Shown here one piece after another: positions 9,951 to 20,383 of a DNA stretch of 64,000 bases. Source of the stretch: Thainema sp. (GTDB taxonomy: Bacteria; Cyanobacteriota; Cyanobacteriia; Phormidesmidales; Phormidesmidaceae); NCBI GenBank assembly GCA_052168235.1, contig JBQLZK010000021.1:1-64000 (forward strand), written 5' to 3'. Numbering within the stretch: the stretch's first letter is position 1; every line of letters begins with the position of its first letter. A program made the translations under genes and the position numbers. The notes below the pieces were generated by a model. It was not told the origin of the DNA. It saw only the letters and a program-made list of their open reading frames with translations, and did no database searches.

Positions 9951-11288
9951 TTAAAGGCTTTTCCCACGGGTATGCTTTTGACGATACAGATCAATACCCG
10001 TCAAAAGCGGCAGCAGGTACAAATAAACGGCATAGGGAATATAGCCCGCATCAGTCATTAAAACGGTCGCCGGTACCAGCCCCGCAATATTCCACGGCAC
10101 GAGGGGCGATAGGACAACGGCTGTATTTTCCAGATCAACGGCCAGTTGGCCAGCCGCAATGTCTACAGGCAGCACTTTATCGTACTGGTCGGTGACCAAC
10201 TGCTGCGTGAGCAGAATGGCAATGGCTTGGGTGCAGCCAAAAGCGGCAGAGGCAACACTAATCAGCGCTGTGCTGCAAAACAGGTCATAGCGGGATGAGC
10301 GACGGTGCAGAAACTGCTCAATCTGCCCTAGTGCTTTGGTCTGAGTGATGATGCCAGCTAAAGCCGTTGAGATAACGACAACCAGCGATACTTTCGCCAT
10401 TGACCACAATCCGCCACCTTGTAGTAAATCTGCCAAGGGGACATCTGGATTAAGCTGAAAACCCAGAACCAGCCAGCGCAGAATCGAGGCAACAGACTGC
10501 TGTTGCCCAAAAAGCGCGATCGCACATCCGACTCCAATACTCAGCAGTAGTGACCACTGCACAGGCACGCGCCAGATCGCCAGCACCATAATCAGCACAG
10601 CAGGCAGCAAAACGACCGGATGAAGATTAAAGACCTGCGATAGCTGATCAGTGAGGTCACTTTCTGCGCTGTAGACGGGTTGCCAAAGCGACAGCAGTAA
10701 ATACACGCCACAAGACAGCAGCAACGGCCAGCCACTTGTCCGGATCATCTGCCGAATGTTTTGATAAATATCCGTCTGCGTCAAAGTCGCGACCAGATGC
10801 GCGCTAGACGACATGGGAGAACAGCGATCGCCGACATAGGCACCTGCAATAATCGCCCCTGCCACCCAGTCCGGATTCGCAGCACTGCCCTTGGCGATCA
10901 GCATCAGCGCCACGCCGATTGTGCCCGCCGTGCCAAACGAGGTGCCAAGCAGCACCGAAACGAAGCTAGTCAAGACAAACGCTGACAGGATAAACAGGCG
11001 AGGATGCAGCAGCTTCAAACCGTAATACATCAAGGCTGGGATCGTACCTGCCGCCATCCACACAGCAATCACGGCACCAATCAGCAACAGAATGCGAATT
11101 ACGCCAAACGATTGGCGACTGCTACGGTAGGCCATTCGGATCAGCGATCGCAGATTAAAACCGCGCCGCCAAAAGACGGCCATTAAAATCAGCAGCGATC
11201 CCAGCAGCGGATAAGCAATGAAATAGCCATGTAAAACGCTGAGCAAAAGCAGCGTAAACGAACAAATCAGCGCGGCAAATAAATCCAT
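9951..11288 (-). CDS. Na+/H+ antiporter NhaC family protein
   Basis: GTSFGTAGTIG, AGAYVGDRCSPMSSS and PLVPWN motifs; about 11 TM segments. Confidence 0.88.
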   Translation of the reverse strand: MDLFAALICSFTLLLLSVLHGYFIAYPLLGSLLILMAVFWRRGFNLRSLIRMAYRSSRQSFGVIRILLLIGAVIAVWMAAGTIPALMYYGLKLLHPRLFILSAFVLTSFVSVLLGTSFGTAGTIGVALMLIAKGSAANPDWVAGAIIAGAYVGDRCSPMSSSAHLVATLTQTDIYQNIRQMIRTSGWPLLLSCGVYLLLSLWQPVYSAESDLTDQLSQVFNLHPVVLLPAVLIMVLAIWRVPVQWSLLLSIGVGCAIALFGQQQSVASILRWLVLGFQLNPDVPLADLLQGGGLWSMAKVSLVVVISTALAGIITQTKALGQIEQFLHRRSSRYDLFCSTALISVASAAFGCTQAIAILLTQQLVTDQYDKVLPVDIAAGQLAVDLENTAVVLSPLVPWNIAGLVPATVLMTDAGYIPYAVYLYLLPLLTGIDLYRQKHTRGKSL

Positions 11289-11451
11289 TACAGCCAACCT
11301 CTGCATCCCGGTCTAGGTCATGATCCCCTTTATTGCGATCCCCAATTTTCGCCTAGATCTTTAAACCCGAATTAAATCCCTATTCATGGATATTGTTTCG
11401 AGTCTGTATCCTTGTAGACTAATAGTGTGGACAACTGAGAGAGGGTTTACT

Positions 11452-12114
11452 GTGGGAGTCGGGATCGGCATCAGCGTTGTGTTAATTGCGTTGGCATATC
11501 TGTTGGGATCAACGCCAACTGGGTATTTGGTCGGTTATGCGTTACAGGGAATTGACATTCGCCAGTATGGTTCCGGTGGCACAGGTGCAACCAACGTGCT
11601 GAGAACCCTTGGTAAGAAACCTGCTCTTTTCGTGCTAGTCGTCGATATTCTCAAAGGCGCGATCGCAGTTCTTCTAGTTACGCTAGGTTACGACTGGATG
11701 GCCTCTCAACCGTGGGCAGCGGGAGCCGATTGGTTATCCTGGCAACCGTGGATCGTCACGCTCGCGGGACTATTGGCTATTCTAGGTCACAGCCGCTCTG
11801 TCTGGATTAACTTCACAGGTGGCAAATCCGTTGCCACTGGCCTCGGTGTCGTATTCATGATGGCTTGGCCTGTCGGTTTAGGAGCCTTACTGGTGTTTGC
11901 TCTGACCCTAGCCGTGTGGCGAATCGTATCGCTGGGATCAATCCTTGCCGCTACGACTGCCGTCATTTTGATGTTTACCACTGGCCAACCCATTCCCTAT
12001 CTACTACTTGCGATCGCAGCAGGTTTATATGTCATCCTGCGTCACCGCACCAATATCCAGCGCATTCTTGATGGCACCGAGCCTAAGATCGGTCAAAAAT
12101 TAGCGCAGGGATAA
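11452..12114 (+). CDS. plsY: Glycerol-3-phosphate acyltransferase PlsY
   Basis: YLLGSTPTGY, DIRQYGSGGTGATNVLR, GGKSVAT, RHRTNIQR; GTG start 11452. Confidence 0.95.
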   Translation: MGVGIGISVVLIALAYLLGSTPTGYLVGYALQGIDIRQYGSGGTGATNVLRTLGKKPALFVLVVDILKGAIAVLLVTLGYDWMASQPWAAGADWLSWQPWIVTLAGLLAILGHSRSVWINFTGGKSVATGLGVVFMMAWPVGLGALLVFALTLAVWRIVSLGSILAATTAVILMFTTGQPIPYLLLAIAAGLYVILRHRTNIQRILDGTEPKIGQKLAQG

Positions 12115-12164
12115 CGGCCTCAAAAATTTAACCTTCAAAAACTACGAAAATTAGCGGATAGCGA

Positions 12165-13418
12165 TTATGCCGATAGCGGTAATCGCGCCATCACGCGGCA
12201 GCCTTGGCCAGGCTTGCTTTCAATTTGAAACTCACCCTGCAAGGCCAGTGTTCGTTCCCGCATACCCTGAAGGCCAAAGCCAGTGGTGTTTAGCTCAGGC
12301 TGAAACCCTTGACCATCATCTGCGATCGCAATTTTCATATCAGCTTGCACATCAGTTGATGCCAGTCGGGCCTGAATCGTCACATGCTGAGCATTGGCAT
12401 GACGCGCAATATTGGTTAATGCTTCTTGAATAATTCGATAGATAGCCGTTTGCAGTTCAGTCGGCAGGTGTTCTGGCAAATCCAGATCCAGTGTGGGTGT
12501 CACACCTGTTGCTTGGGCATGGGCATGGGCCAACTCGCTAATTGCAGCCTGTAGTCCCTTATCCTGTAGAGGATTCGTGCGCAAAGCAGACACCGAATGC
12601 CGTACGTCTTGCAGCGCGGTTGAGCCAAGCTGTTTGGATGCCCGCAGGAACTGCTGCGCCTTTTCAGGATTGGTCTGCCAGAGCTTTAGTGCCCCTTCGA
12701 GCTGAATGTTCAAGGCAGTCAGAGAGTGCCCAAGCGAGTCATGAATTTCGCGGGCAATCCGCGATCGCTCTTGTTCCATCGCTAAATTTTCCACCCGCAG
12801 GGCATAGTCCCGCAGTTGTTGATTCGCCTCTACCAGTTGTTCCTGGTTGCGGCGTTCGGCCAGGAGCGCATTCACGAGTAACAGCACAAAAACCAGCGCT
12901 AGGCCAAACAAGGCTGCCAAGTTGAAGCTGAAATTGACAATAAATGGAGAAAACGATCCGTCCCGCATACCATCCCGCATAACGGGCGGAGGGCGGCGCA
13001 GCGGACGCAGCGATTGCAGCCGATAGATGAGCAGCACCAAGAATGTGAGGTAGGTTGTGCCCGTTACGAAGAGTCGCCCCATCAGCTCAAACATGAGGCA
13101 GCCGCGAATGACTAGGATCAAGTACAGAAACGGAAACAGCCGCAGGCCCGGAAATCCAGCAATTGTAACCAGCAGAATCAGACCAAACTCTAACGAGGTA
13201 TAGGCCAGCTTCAGCCACAGAGGACGAGTCGGAATCCGCAGTCCCATCAGGCCAAATCCCAACACGTAGCCGATCGTTGTAATAGACAAAATGAGATGCG
13301 GTGGCCGGGGAATGGGTTCGGGCAGCAGCTCGCTCAAAACAGCTAACCCCAGCAGGCTCCATTCCAAGTACAGCAGGAAAGGAAATGGATGGTTATGAAT
13401 GGTAATTTCATGCCGCAT
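12165..13418 (-). CDS. Membrane sensor histidine kinase, HisKA_3 (NarX/DesK type)
   Basis: ERSRIAREIHDSLGH, IIQEALTNIARHA, DDGQGF, GFGLQGMRER. Confidence 0.92.
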   Translation of the reverse strand: MRHEITIHNHPFPFLLYLEWSLLGLAVLSELLPEPIPRPPHLILSITTIGYVLGFGLMGLRIPTRPLWLKLAYTSLEFGLILLVTIAGFPGLRLFPFLYLILVIRGCLMFELMGRLFVTGTTYLTFLVLLIYRLQSLRPLRRPPPVMRDGMRDGSFSPFIVNFSFNLAALFGLALVFVLLLVNALLAERRNQEQLVEANQQLRDYALRVENLAMEQERSRIAREIHDSLGHSLTALNIQLEGALKLWQTNPEKAQQFLRASKQLGSTALQDVRHSVSALRTNPLQDKGLQAAISELAHAHAQATGVTPTLDLDLPEHLPTELQTAIYRIIQEALTNIARHANAQHVTIQARLASTDVQADMKIAIADDGQGFQPELNTTGFGLQGMRERTLALQGEFQIESKPGQGCRVMARLPLSA

Positions 13419-13469
13419 ACGGTGATTTCAGGCTGATTTATGGCAGGATGAGGAGTGCGATCGCAGCTT

Positions 13470-13484
13470 TGAAAATTATTCTCG
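13470..13484. promoter_or_regulatory. Fur-box-like 7-1-7 site upstream of the Fe(II)/2OG dioxygenase
   Basis: TGAAAAT T ATTCTCG versus consensus TGATAATnATTATCA, 22 bp before the start; piuC homologues are iron regulated. Confidence 0.5.
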
Positions 13485-13506
13485 TTAGATTTTATTAATT
13501 CTCGCC

Positions 13507-14175
13507 ATGATGTTGACAATTCCCAACGTGCTGAGCCCAGCAGAAGTTGACGACATTCTGGAGCAGTTGAGTAAAGCTGAATTCATTGATGGTAAAGCGA
13601 CAGCGGGTTGGAATGCCAAACTAGTCAAACATAATTTGCAGTTGAATACCAGCGATCCCCATGCGGCTTCCCTACAGCAAAAAGTAGCCTCTGCTTTGGG
13701 GAACAACCCGCTGTTTCAAATGGCCATACGCCCTAAAGTCATTCACTCCTTACGGTTTAGTCGCTACGAAAAGGGGATGTCCTATGGTAGCCACGTGGAC
13801 AATGCCTACATGGGTGGCAGTCAACATTTGCGCACCGACGTATCGTTTACGCTATTTCTGAGTGCCCCAGAATCGTATCAGGGTGGCGAACTGGAAATTG
13901 ATGACGTGGGCGGCGGTCGCCGCATCAAGCTACCAGCTGGATCGGCGTTTGCCTATCCTTCTTCAACACTGCACGAGGTCAAGCCTGTTACCGAGGGAGA
14001 GCGCTGGGTTGTGGTTGGCTGGGTAACGAGTTTAATCCGTGATCCGGCTGAGCGAGAAATTCTGTTTGAAATCGATACGGTGCGGCGAACCCTGTTTGCC
14101 AAAGACGGTAAAACCGATGAATTTGACCTGCTGACCAAAACTCATTCAAATCTTTTGCGGAAGTGGGGCGAGTAA
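13507..14175 (+). CDS. Fe(II)/2-oxoglutarate-dependent dioxygenase, PiuC/YbiX (PKHD-type hydroxylase)
   Basis: DGKATAG..AKLVKHNLQL, HVD, RTDVSFTLFL, YQGGEL, YPSSTLHEV, SNLLRKW. Confidence 0.92.
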   Translation: MMLTIPNVLSPAEVDDILEQLSKAEFIDGKATAGWNAKLVKHNLQLNTSDPHAASLQQKVASALGNNPLFQMAIRPKVIHSLRFSRYEKGMSYGSHVDNAYMGGSQHLRTDVSFTLFLSAPESYQGGELEIDDVGGGRRIKLPAGSAFAYPSSTLHEVKPVTEGERWVVVGWVTSLIRDPAEREILFEIDTVRRTLFAKDGKTDEFDLLTKTHSNLLRKWGE

Positions 14176-14329
14176 AAATGTAGCATATGTAGTATCGCTT
14201 AATGGGCGGCTCACTCCCACGTTAGATTTTCGGGTAGCCGACTGTTACAGATCTTAAGGCAATCTAGAATGAAGAGGTGTCTTGATTTGCCAGTGCGATC
14301 GCACCAAATTCTTAGAATTGTTTAGACCT

Positions 14330-16780
14330 TTGAGCGCACCTGATATTCAATCCGAAACGCTAAATTTGTTGGAATGGTCACGCTTATGTGACCACCTATC
14401 GACGTTTGCCAGTACCAAGCTGGGCGCACGCGTGGCGCGACAGCTCCGCATTCCCACCCGCGTCACCGACAGCCAGCAGCTGTTGCAGCAGACCAAAGAG
14501 GTTTATGAACTGGAAGCTAGACTCACTTCTGGGCTGAAGTTCAATGGCATTCAAGATATTGGTGACGACCTGGAACGGGCCGAACGCCAGGGGATTTTGA
14601 CGGCTGAATCGCTGCTTGGTATTGCCACGACGCTGGCCAGCACCCGTCAGTTGCGGCGGGTAATTGATGCCCAAGAACCCGAAGATGTGCCCGTACTGGC
14701 CGAGCTGGTGGAAGAACTGCGTACCTATCCTGAGCTAGAGCAGGAAATTCACCACTGTATCGACGATCGGGGTGAAGTGGCCGATCGAGCTAGCCCGAAG
14801 CTGGGCGAAATTCGCAGTAAGCAAAAGCAGGTGCGCGACCAGATTTATCAGACATTGCAGCGGCTGATGCAGCGCAACGGTCACGCGGTGCAGGAGCAGT
14901 TAATCACCCAGCGGGGCGATCGGTTCGTCATTCCCGTCAAAGCACCCCAGAAAGACGCGATTCCGGGCATTGTCCATGATGCGTCGGCCAGTGGGGCCAC
15001 GCTGTACATTGAGCCACATAAGGTGGTGGAATCGGGCAACCGGCTGCGGCAGCTCAACCGTCAGGAGCAGACAGAAATTGAGGCCATCCTGCGGCAACTG
15101 ACGGAGAAAGTCGCCGAAGTGAAGCCGGATTTAGAGCAGTTGCTGGCGATTGTGACGACGCTGGATCTAGCTGCCGCTCGCGCCCGCTATTCGCTTTGGC
15201 TGGAGGGCAATCCACCCCGTTTCATTGAACAGGTCGATCAGGAAACTGTTACCCTGCGCCAACTGCGCCATCCGCTCCTGGTTTGGCAGGAACAGCATGA
15301 GCAGGGGCAGCCCGTGGTGCCGATTGACCTGCTGATTAAACCTCAAATTCGTGTCGTCGCCATCACGGGGCCGAACACGGGCGGCAAAACCGTCACGCTC
15401 AAGACGCTGGGACTGGCGATTTTGATGGCGAAAGTGGGACTATTTATCCCGGCGCGGGAACCCGTTGAGCTGCCCTGGTTTGAGCGAGTGCTAGCCGACA
15501 TTGGCGATGAGCAGTCGCTAGAGCAGAGTTTATCGACGTTTTCAGGGCATATCCGCCGGATTAGTCGGATTCTAGACGCGATTCCCCCTGTTGACGAGTC
15601 TATTGACCAATCAGCCAATGCGCTGGTGTTACTGGATGAAGTTGGGGCCGGCACCGACCCATCAGAAGGGAGCGCCCTTGCGATCGCACTTTTGCGCCAT
15701 CTAGCGACCAAAGCCCATCTGACGATTGCCACCACTCACTTTGGCGAACTAAAGGCGCTCAAATACGAAGATGAGCGGTTTGAAAATGCGTCCGTGGAAT
15801 TTAACGACCAGACGCTATCGCCAACCTATCGCTTGCTGTGGGGGATTCCCGGTCGCTCGAATGCGCTGACCATTGCTCAGCGCTTGGGTTTAGAGTCAGA
15901 GGTCGTTGAACAGGCCCAGTCGCTGATTGGCGCAACCAATCATCAAGACGTGAACCAGGTGATTGCTGGACTGGAAGAACAGCGTCGCCGCCAGGAATCC
16001 TCTGCGGACGAAACCTCGAAAATCTTGCAGCAGGCGGAGCAGCTTTACAAAGAGGTATCACGCAAATCTGCCCTGCTGAAGGAGCGGGAGCAGGAGCTGA
16101 AGCAGCAGCAGGAGCAGGCGGTGCAGCAGGCAATTGCTCAAGCTAAGGGCGAAATTGCGGCAGTGATTCGCCGACTGCAGCGCGGCAACGCCACGGCCCA
16201 GGATGCTCAAGCCGCTACCGAGCAAATTGACAAGCTAGCTGAGAAAAAGCTGCCCTCGCGTCAGCAGCCTACCAAACCTAAGCCAGGCTATCGACCGACT
16301 GTGGGTGAGCGGGTGCGGATTCCGCGCATTGGTCAAACCGCTGAGGTGCTAACCGAGCCGGATGAAGAAGGCGAAATCAATGTCCGCTTTGGTCTAATGA
16401 AAATGACCGTCAGCCTAGCCGACGTAGAATCGCTCCAGGGTGAGAAGGCCGAGATGCCCAGCAAGCCGGAGCCTAAAGCCGCACCCCAAGCTGCAACCAC
16501 CACCGTGGCAACGCCCTCTGCACCTGCGATTCGCACCCAGCGCAATACGGTTGACCTGCGTGGTCAACGCGTGTCTGAGGCCGAATCTGTGTTGGAAAAT
16601 GCGATCGCATCTGCTCAAGGCCCACTTTGGGTAATTCACGGTCACGGCACGGGCAAGCTGCGGCGCGGCGTACATGAGTTTCTCAAGCGCCATCCCCAGG
16701 TGGAGCGGTTTGAATATGCCGATCAGTCCGATGGCGGCAAAGGTGTGACGGTGGCACACGTGACTTTACCGTCTTATTAA
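14330..16780 (+). CDS. mutS2: Endonuclease MutS2
   Basis: IQSETLNLLEW, ITGPNTGGKT, DIGDEQS..QSLSTFSGH, LLDEVGAGTDP, C-terminal Smr domain with IHGHGTG; TTG start at about 14330. Confidence 0.97.
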   Translation: MSAPDIQSETLNLLEWSRLCDHLSTFASTKLGARVARQLRIPTRVTDSQQLLQQTKEVYELEARLTSGLKFNGIQDIGDDLERAERQGILTAESLLGIATTLASTRQLRRVIDAQEPEDVPVLAELVEELRTYPELEQEIHHCIDDRGEVADRASPKLGEIRSKQKQVRDQIYQTLQRLMQRNGHAVQEQLITQRGDRFVIPVKAPQKDAIPGIVHDASASGATLYIEPHKVVESGNRLRQLNRQEQTEIEAILRQLTEKVAEVKPDLEQLLAIVTTLDLAAARARYSLWLEGNPPRFIEQVDQETVTLRQLRHPLLVWQEQHEQGQPVVPIDLLIKPQIRVVAITGPNTGGKTVTLKTLGLAILMAKVGLFIPAREPVELPWFERVLADIGDEQSLEQSLSTFSGHIRRISRILDAIPPVDESIDQSANALVLLDEVGAGTDPSEGSALAIALLRHLATKAHLTIATTHFGELKALKYEDERFENASVEFNDQTLSPTYRLLWGIPGRSNALTIAQRLGLESEVVEQAQSLIGATNHQDVNQVIAGLEEQRRRQESSADETSKILQQAEQLYKEVSRKSALLKEREQELKQQQEQAVQQAIAQAKGEIAAVIRRLQRGNATAQDAQAATEQIDKLAEKKLPSRQQPTKPKPGYRPTVGERVRIPRIGQTAEVLTEPDEEGEINVRFGLMKMTVSLADVESLQGEKAEMPSKPEPKAAPQAATTTVATPSAPAIRTQRNTVDLRGQRVSEAESVLENAIASAQGPLWVIHGHGTGKLRRGVHEFLKRHPQVERFEYADQSDGGKGVTVAHVTLPSY

Positions 16781-16809
16781 TCGCCCTACAGCGTTTTTCA
16801 AGCGCTTAA

Positions 16810-16967
16810 AACCCAGTTGTTATAGTGATTCCAGTTAAAAGTGAGAAAAAGAGAGAGGAGAGTGCCTCAGGATGAGGCACTCTCCTCTCTCTTTTTTATC
16901 TAGAACCGCTATATTTTTGGTGAAAGTTAGGCTATGCCTAACTTTCACCAAAAATAACAACTGGGTT
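16810..16967. repeat. 32-bp-arm palindrome interrupted by a MITE
   Basis: Removing the 89-bp insert plus one TA restores AACCCAGTTGTTATTTTTGGTGAAAGTTAGGC TAT GCCTAACTTTCACCAAAAATAACAACTGGGTT. Confidence 0.9.
16823..16911. mobile_element. 89-bp MITE with TA target duplication (IS630/Tc1-mariner-like), copy 1
   Basis: Flanked by TA/TA; imperfect TIR TAGTGATTCCAG...CTAGAACCGCTA; internal 24-bp hairpin; second copy at 61429-61517. Confidence 0.85.
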
Positions 16968-16973
16968 CAATAC

Positions 16974-18719
16974 CTATACAGTGAGTGCTTCGCTCAGCGG
17001 GCTTTGAGGCCAAATGCTGTGGTAGCGATCATTGCGAATGCTCTCTAGCTCAGCTTGAATCACCTGAGGCTGTTCGCCCAGGGTACGCAGCAGGTGAGAG
17101 CCGAGTTCTAGGGCCGCTTCAAACTCAGGCTGCACAACTTCTCTTGCGCCCAGTTGGGTCAGCAAATCAATTTCTTCATCGTTATGAGAGCGGGCAATGA
17201 TATCCAGTTCAGGCACCTTAGCAATCGCTCGCTGGAGCAGCAGCCGAGTGCTGGTGGGATCAGGCAGTGCGATCGCAAGAGCCTTGGCGGTTTCTAGACA
17301 GGTTTTTTCCAGGACTAGTTCACTATCGGCATCCCCAAAGATAAAAGGGATTTCGCGATGGCGCAGTCCCTGCGCCGCCGATTCGCTGTTGTCTACGACC
17401 AGGACTGGGTATCCCTGATTGAGCAAGATGTTGACTAGCACCTGTCCTACTCGCCCATAGCCCGCTACAATCACGTGATCTTTCATCACTTCAGGGACAG
17501 AAAATAGGTTGGGTTCGACAAACTGCTTCAGATATAGGGCTAGAGTGGGTCGCTTTTGTAGCCAGGTGACAAATTTAGGCGCAAAGCTAAACCAGAGGGG
17601 AGTCAGCATCAAAGTAATGGCGGTGGTGCCCAGCAGCAGTGAGTAGCGCTGTTCTGAAATCAGATCCATTTCGAAGCCTACTAGAGCCAATACAAAGGAA
17701 AATTCTCCAATCTGATTCAGCCCAAAGCTAGAAAGGATAGCGGTTTTAAGGGAATAGCCGAAGCGCAACACAATCGGTAAGATAATCACGGCTTTGCCCA
17801 CCATCACCAGCGTGACCAGCCCCAGGATAATCCACAGTTCGCTTAGTAACAGCCTGGGGTCAATCAGCATACCGATGGAGACGAAAAACATGCAGGCAAA
17901 GGTATCTCGCAGCGGCAGAATTTTGCCTAGGGCCTGTTCAGAATAGTCAACCTCTGAAATCATCAGCCCTGCTACAAAAGCGCCCATCGCAATGGACAAG
18001 CCCAATTGAGACGTGATCCAGGCCACCCCCAGACAGAGTGCAGTTACCGTTAACAGAAACAGCTCGTTGCTTTCAGTGGCGGCAATATGCTGCATCAGCC
18101 GGGGCACGATCCAGCGTCCTAGGACAATGGCCCCTCCCAGAAAAATCGCAATCTTCAGCAGTGCCAGCCCCAGGGTGGGCCAGAGTGCCTCCGGCTGATC
18201 CAGTACTGGCAGCAAGGCCAGGATGATGCCCAAAGCTAGATCCTGGGCGATCAGCAGAGCCAGCATGATTTGACCGTGGGCAGTGGTGGTTTCGACCTTG
18301 TCGTTTAAGGTCTTCAACACCACGGCAGTAGACGATAGGGACAGCACGAGTCCCAAAAAGATGCCCTCTAGGGGAGAAGCAGCCCAACCGACCAGCAGGG
18401 TCATGCCCGTCACCAGCAGCGTGGTTAGGCCCATTTGCAACAGGCTACCCGTCAGGGCGATACTCCTCATTTGCTTCAGTTCGGTCAGGGAGAACTCAAC
18501 TCCCAGGGCAAACAGCAAAAAGGCAATGCCAATCTCGGCCAGGGTCTCGATCTGGCCAATGTCTTGTAGCAATCCAAAGCCAAACGGGCCAATCAGCAAA
18601 CCCGTGACCAGATAACCCAGTAAAGCAGGTTGTTTGAAGCGGTGGGCGATATATCCACCAACGGCAGACGTGCCTAGAGCTAGTGTAACGTCGAGAATAA
18701 AGCGGGTATCGGCGGCCAT
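16974..18719 (-). CDS. CPA2 cation:proton antiporter with TrkA-N (RCK) domain (KefB/YbaL-like)
   Basis: LSSTAVVLK, LIAQDL, LRDTF..FFVSIG, QIGEFSFVL, GYGRVG, VVQPEFEA. Confidence 0.92.
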   Translation of the reverse strand: MAADTRFILDVTLALGTSAVGGYIAHRFKQPALLGYLVTGLLIGPFGFGLLQDIGQIETLAEIGIAFLLFALGVEFSLTELKQMRSIALTGSLLQMGLTTLLVTGMTLLVGWAASPLEGIFLGLVLSLSSTAVVLKTLNDKVETTTAHGQIMLALLIAQDLALGIILALLPVLDQPEALWPTLGLALLKIAIFLGGAIVLGRWIVPRLMQHIAATESNELFLLTVTALCLGVAWITSQLGLSIAMGAFVAGLMISEVDYSEQALGKILPLRDTFACMFFVSIGMLIDPRLLLSELWIILGLVTLVMVGKAVIILPIVLRFGYSLKTAILSSFGLNQIGEFSFVLALVGFEMDLISEQRYSLLLGTTAITLMLTPLWFSFAPKFVTWLQKRPTLALYLKQFVEPNLFSVPEVMKDHVIVAGYGRVGQVLVNILLNQGYPVLVVDNSESAAQGLRHREIPFIFGDADSELVLEKTCLETAKALAIALPDPTSTRLLLQRAIAKVPELDIIARSHNDEEIDLLTQLGAREVVQPEFEAALELGSHLLRTLGEQPQVIQAELESIRNDRYHSIWPQSPLSEALTV

Positions 18720-18761
18720 AGATTAGGGTTTACCGGAAAAAGCGAGTGGTCTGCAAAGTCA

Positions 18762-18801
18762 CTGTGAGGGGCGAATTTCTTGAGAAATTCGCCCCTCACA
18801 G
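18762..18801. repeat. Perfect 19-bp inverted repeat, REP-derived
   Basis: CTGTGAGGGGCGAATTTCT TG AGAAATTCGCCCCTCACAG; shares AGGGGCGAAT/ATTCGCCCCT with the REP at 22619. Confidence 0.9.
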
Positions 18802-19000
18802 CAAACTTGACGCCTTACTTATATGCAGTCCGGTTGAAAGCCCATCGTTTTATCTTTTCTGCGAGGGCTTGATATTACGGAGGCATAAAAGGAGTTTCTA
18901 TTATTAGGCTAACTGGAAATGAACTAATTTGCTGGGAAACTCTAGACCTCTAATCAGGCTAGTTACAGCAGACTCAAGATTGCTACCGATTAGATAGACA

Positions 19001-20383
19001 TTACACCTTATGGAGTTCTGACTTGGGCCAGTAGCTGGCGACAATAGCTAGGCAGAGCCACCAGAGCGTGTTGATTTGGGGACGATACCACACCGTATCG
19101 ACTAAACCGTGGATCAACAAACCAATCATGGCTGCGATCGCAGCTAGTAACCAGTAGCCTTGAACCTGTCCCGATTGGCGCAGCCGATTTACCTGCACCA
19201 AGCCTTGAATGATAGCTGTCAGCACCAGCCAGCCAAACGCCGCTAGACCGATCAAACCCATTTCAACCGCAATTTCTAGCGGAATTGAATAGGCGCTAAG
19301 GGCACTGTAGCGAGCCTGCTGGTAGAGGGGATAAACCTGATTGAAGGCATCGTGACCAGGGCCAATGCCCAGAACCGGACGGTCTTTAATCATGTCAATG
19401 GCGGCCATCCAGACGTTGATGCGGAAATTGTTGCTGCTGTCGTCTCGGCCAGCAAAGATACTCAAAACGCGATCGCGCAGGGGTTCTAAAGCGGCTACCG
19501 CTACAACGATGAAGGCGGCTGAACCTCCTAACACCATCGGTAGCGCCCACCGTCGCCAAAAATAGGGCATTCGCGGCAACCACCACCAAACAATCAGCAC
19601 CGTCATCACGTAGCCTGCGGCAACGAACCCTAACCAGCCGCCCCGACTAAAGGTCAAGATCAGACAGAGAGAGTTAACCACAAGCAGCAGCAGCGCTAGC
19701 GCCTTCTGTAGCCAACTACGCCAAGCAAACAGTGCCGCCATGCTAAATGGAATGGCCGGAACCAGATAACCCGCCAGCAGGTTGGGATTGCCCAGATAGC
19801 TGTAGACGCGGGTGGTTTCAGCCAGGGGAGACTCTGGATCAACCCAGGTAGCCAGAGCTTCTGCCCCAAAGAACCACTGCCGCAGGCCATAAATGCTGAC
19901 GATCATCGCTGTCAGCAGGTAAATGACAATTAGCCCCGTGCGAAGCGGTTGCGATCGCAAACAGCGAGCCAGCAGCGCAAAGAATACTAAAAATAAGGTC
20001 AGCTCAACCCAGCCCGAAATTGCCGCTGAGCGTACAGGAGACAAGGCCGTTGCCGCCGTCGCCACGCCCCAGTAGAGCAACACTAGGAGGTGAATTGGCG
20101 TAGACAAACCGCTTTCCGCCTCGTCAGTCAGCGTCAGCAACGCCCAAAACGCCGCACAGCAGAGCAGCAGCACCCCAATCAGTGTTGTGGAAACATAGGG
20201 CGCTAGACCAAATACACAGGCGGCTAATAGAACTGCGATCGCATCGGCCCACTGGAGCAACCAGCTTCCCTGCCGCCACTGCCGAAATGGGAACAAGCCT
20301 CGATGGATGAGACTCGCACCGCGCCACGGCTCCAGCGAAATCGTTGAGAGTGTTACCCGCTGTAGGACAGAGTTCATAAGCAA
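19001..20383 (-). CDS. ictB: IctB family O-antigen-ligase-like membrane protein
   Basis: LATWVDP, RVYSYLGNPNLLAGYL, RDDSSNNFRINVW, ALSAYS, DTVWYRPQ. Confidence 0.95.
   Translation of the reverse strand: MLMNSVLQRVTLSTISLEPWRGASLIHRGLFPFRQWRQGSWLLQWADAIAVLLAACVFGLAPYVSTTLIGVLLLCCAAFWALLTLTDEAESGLSTPIHLLVLLYWGVATAATALSPVRSAAISGWVELTLFLVFFALLARCLRSQPLRTGLIVIYLLTAMIVSIYGLRQWFFGAEALATWVDPESPLAETTRVYSYLGNPNLLAGYLVPAIPFSMAALFAWRSWLQKALALLLLVVNSLCLILTFSRGGWLGFVAAGYVMTVLIVWWWLPRMPYFWRRWALPMVLGGSAAFIVVAVAALEPLRDRVLSIFAGRDDSSNNFRINVWMAAIDMIKDRPVLGIGPGHDAFNQVYPLYQQARYSALSAYSIPLEIAVEMGLIGLAAFGWLVLTAIIQGLVQVNRLRQSGQVQGYWLLAAIAAMIGLLIHGLVDTVWYRPQINTLWWLCLAIVASYWPKSELHKV

Noticed and set aside
9846..10061. 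71-aa ORF
   Set aside because: Overlaps the SRP RNA and the NhaC 3' end
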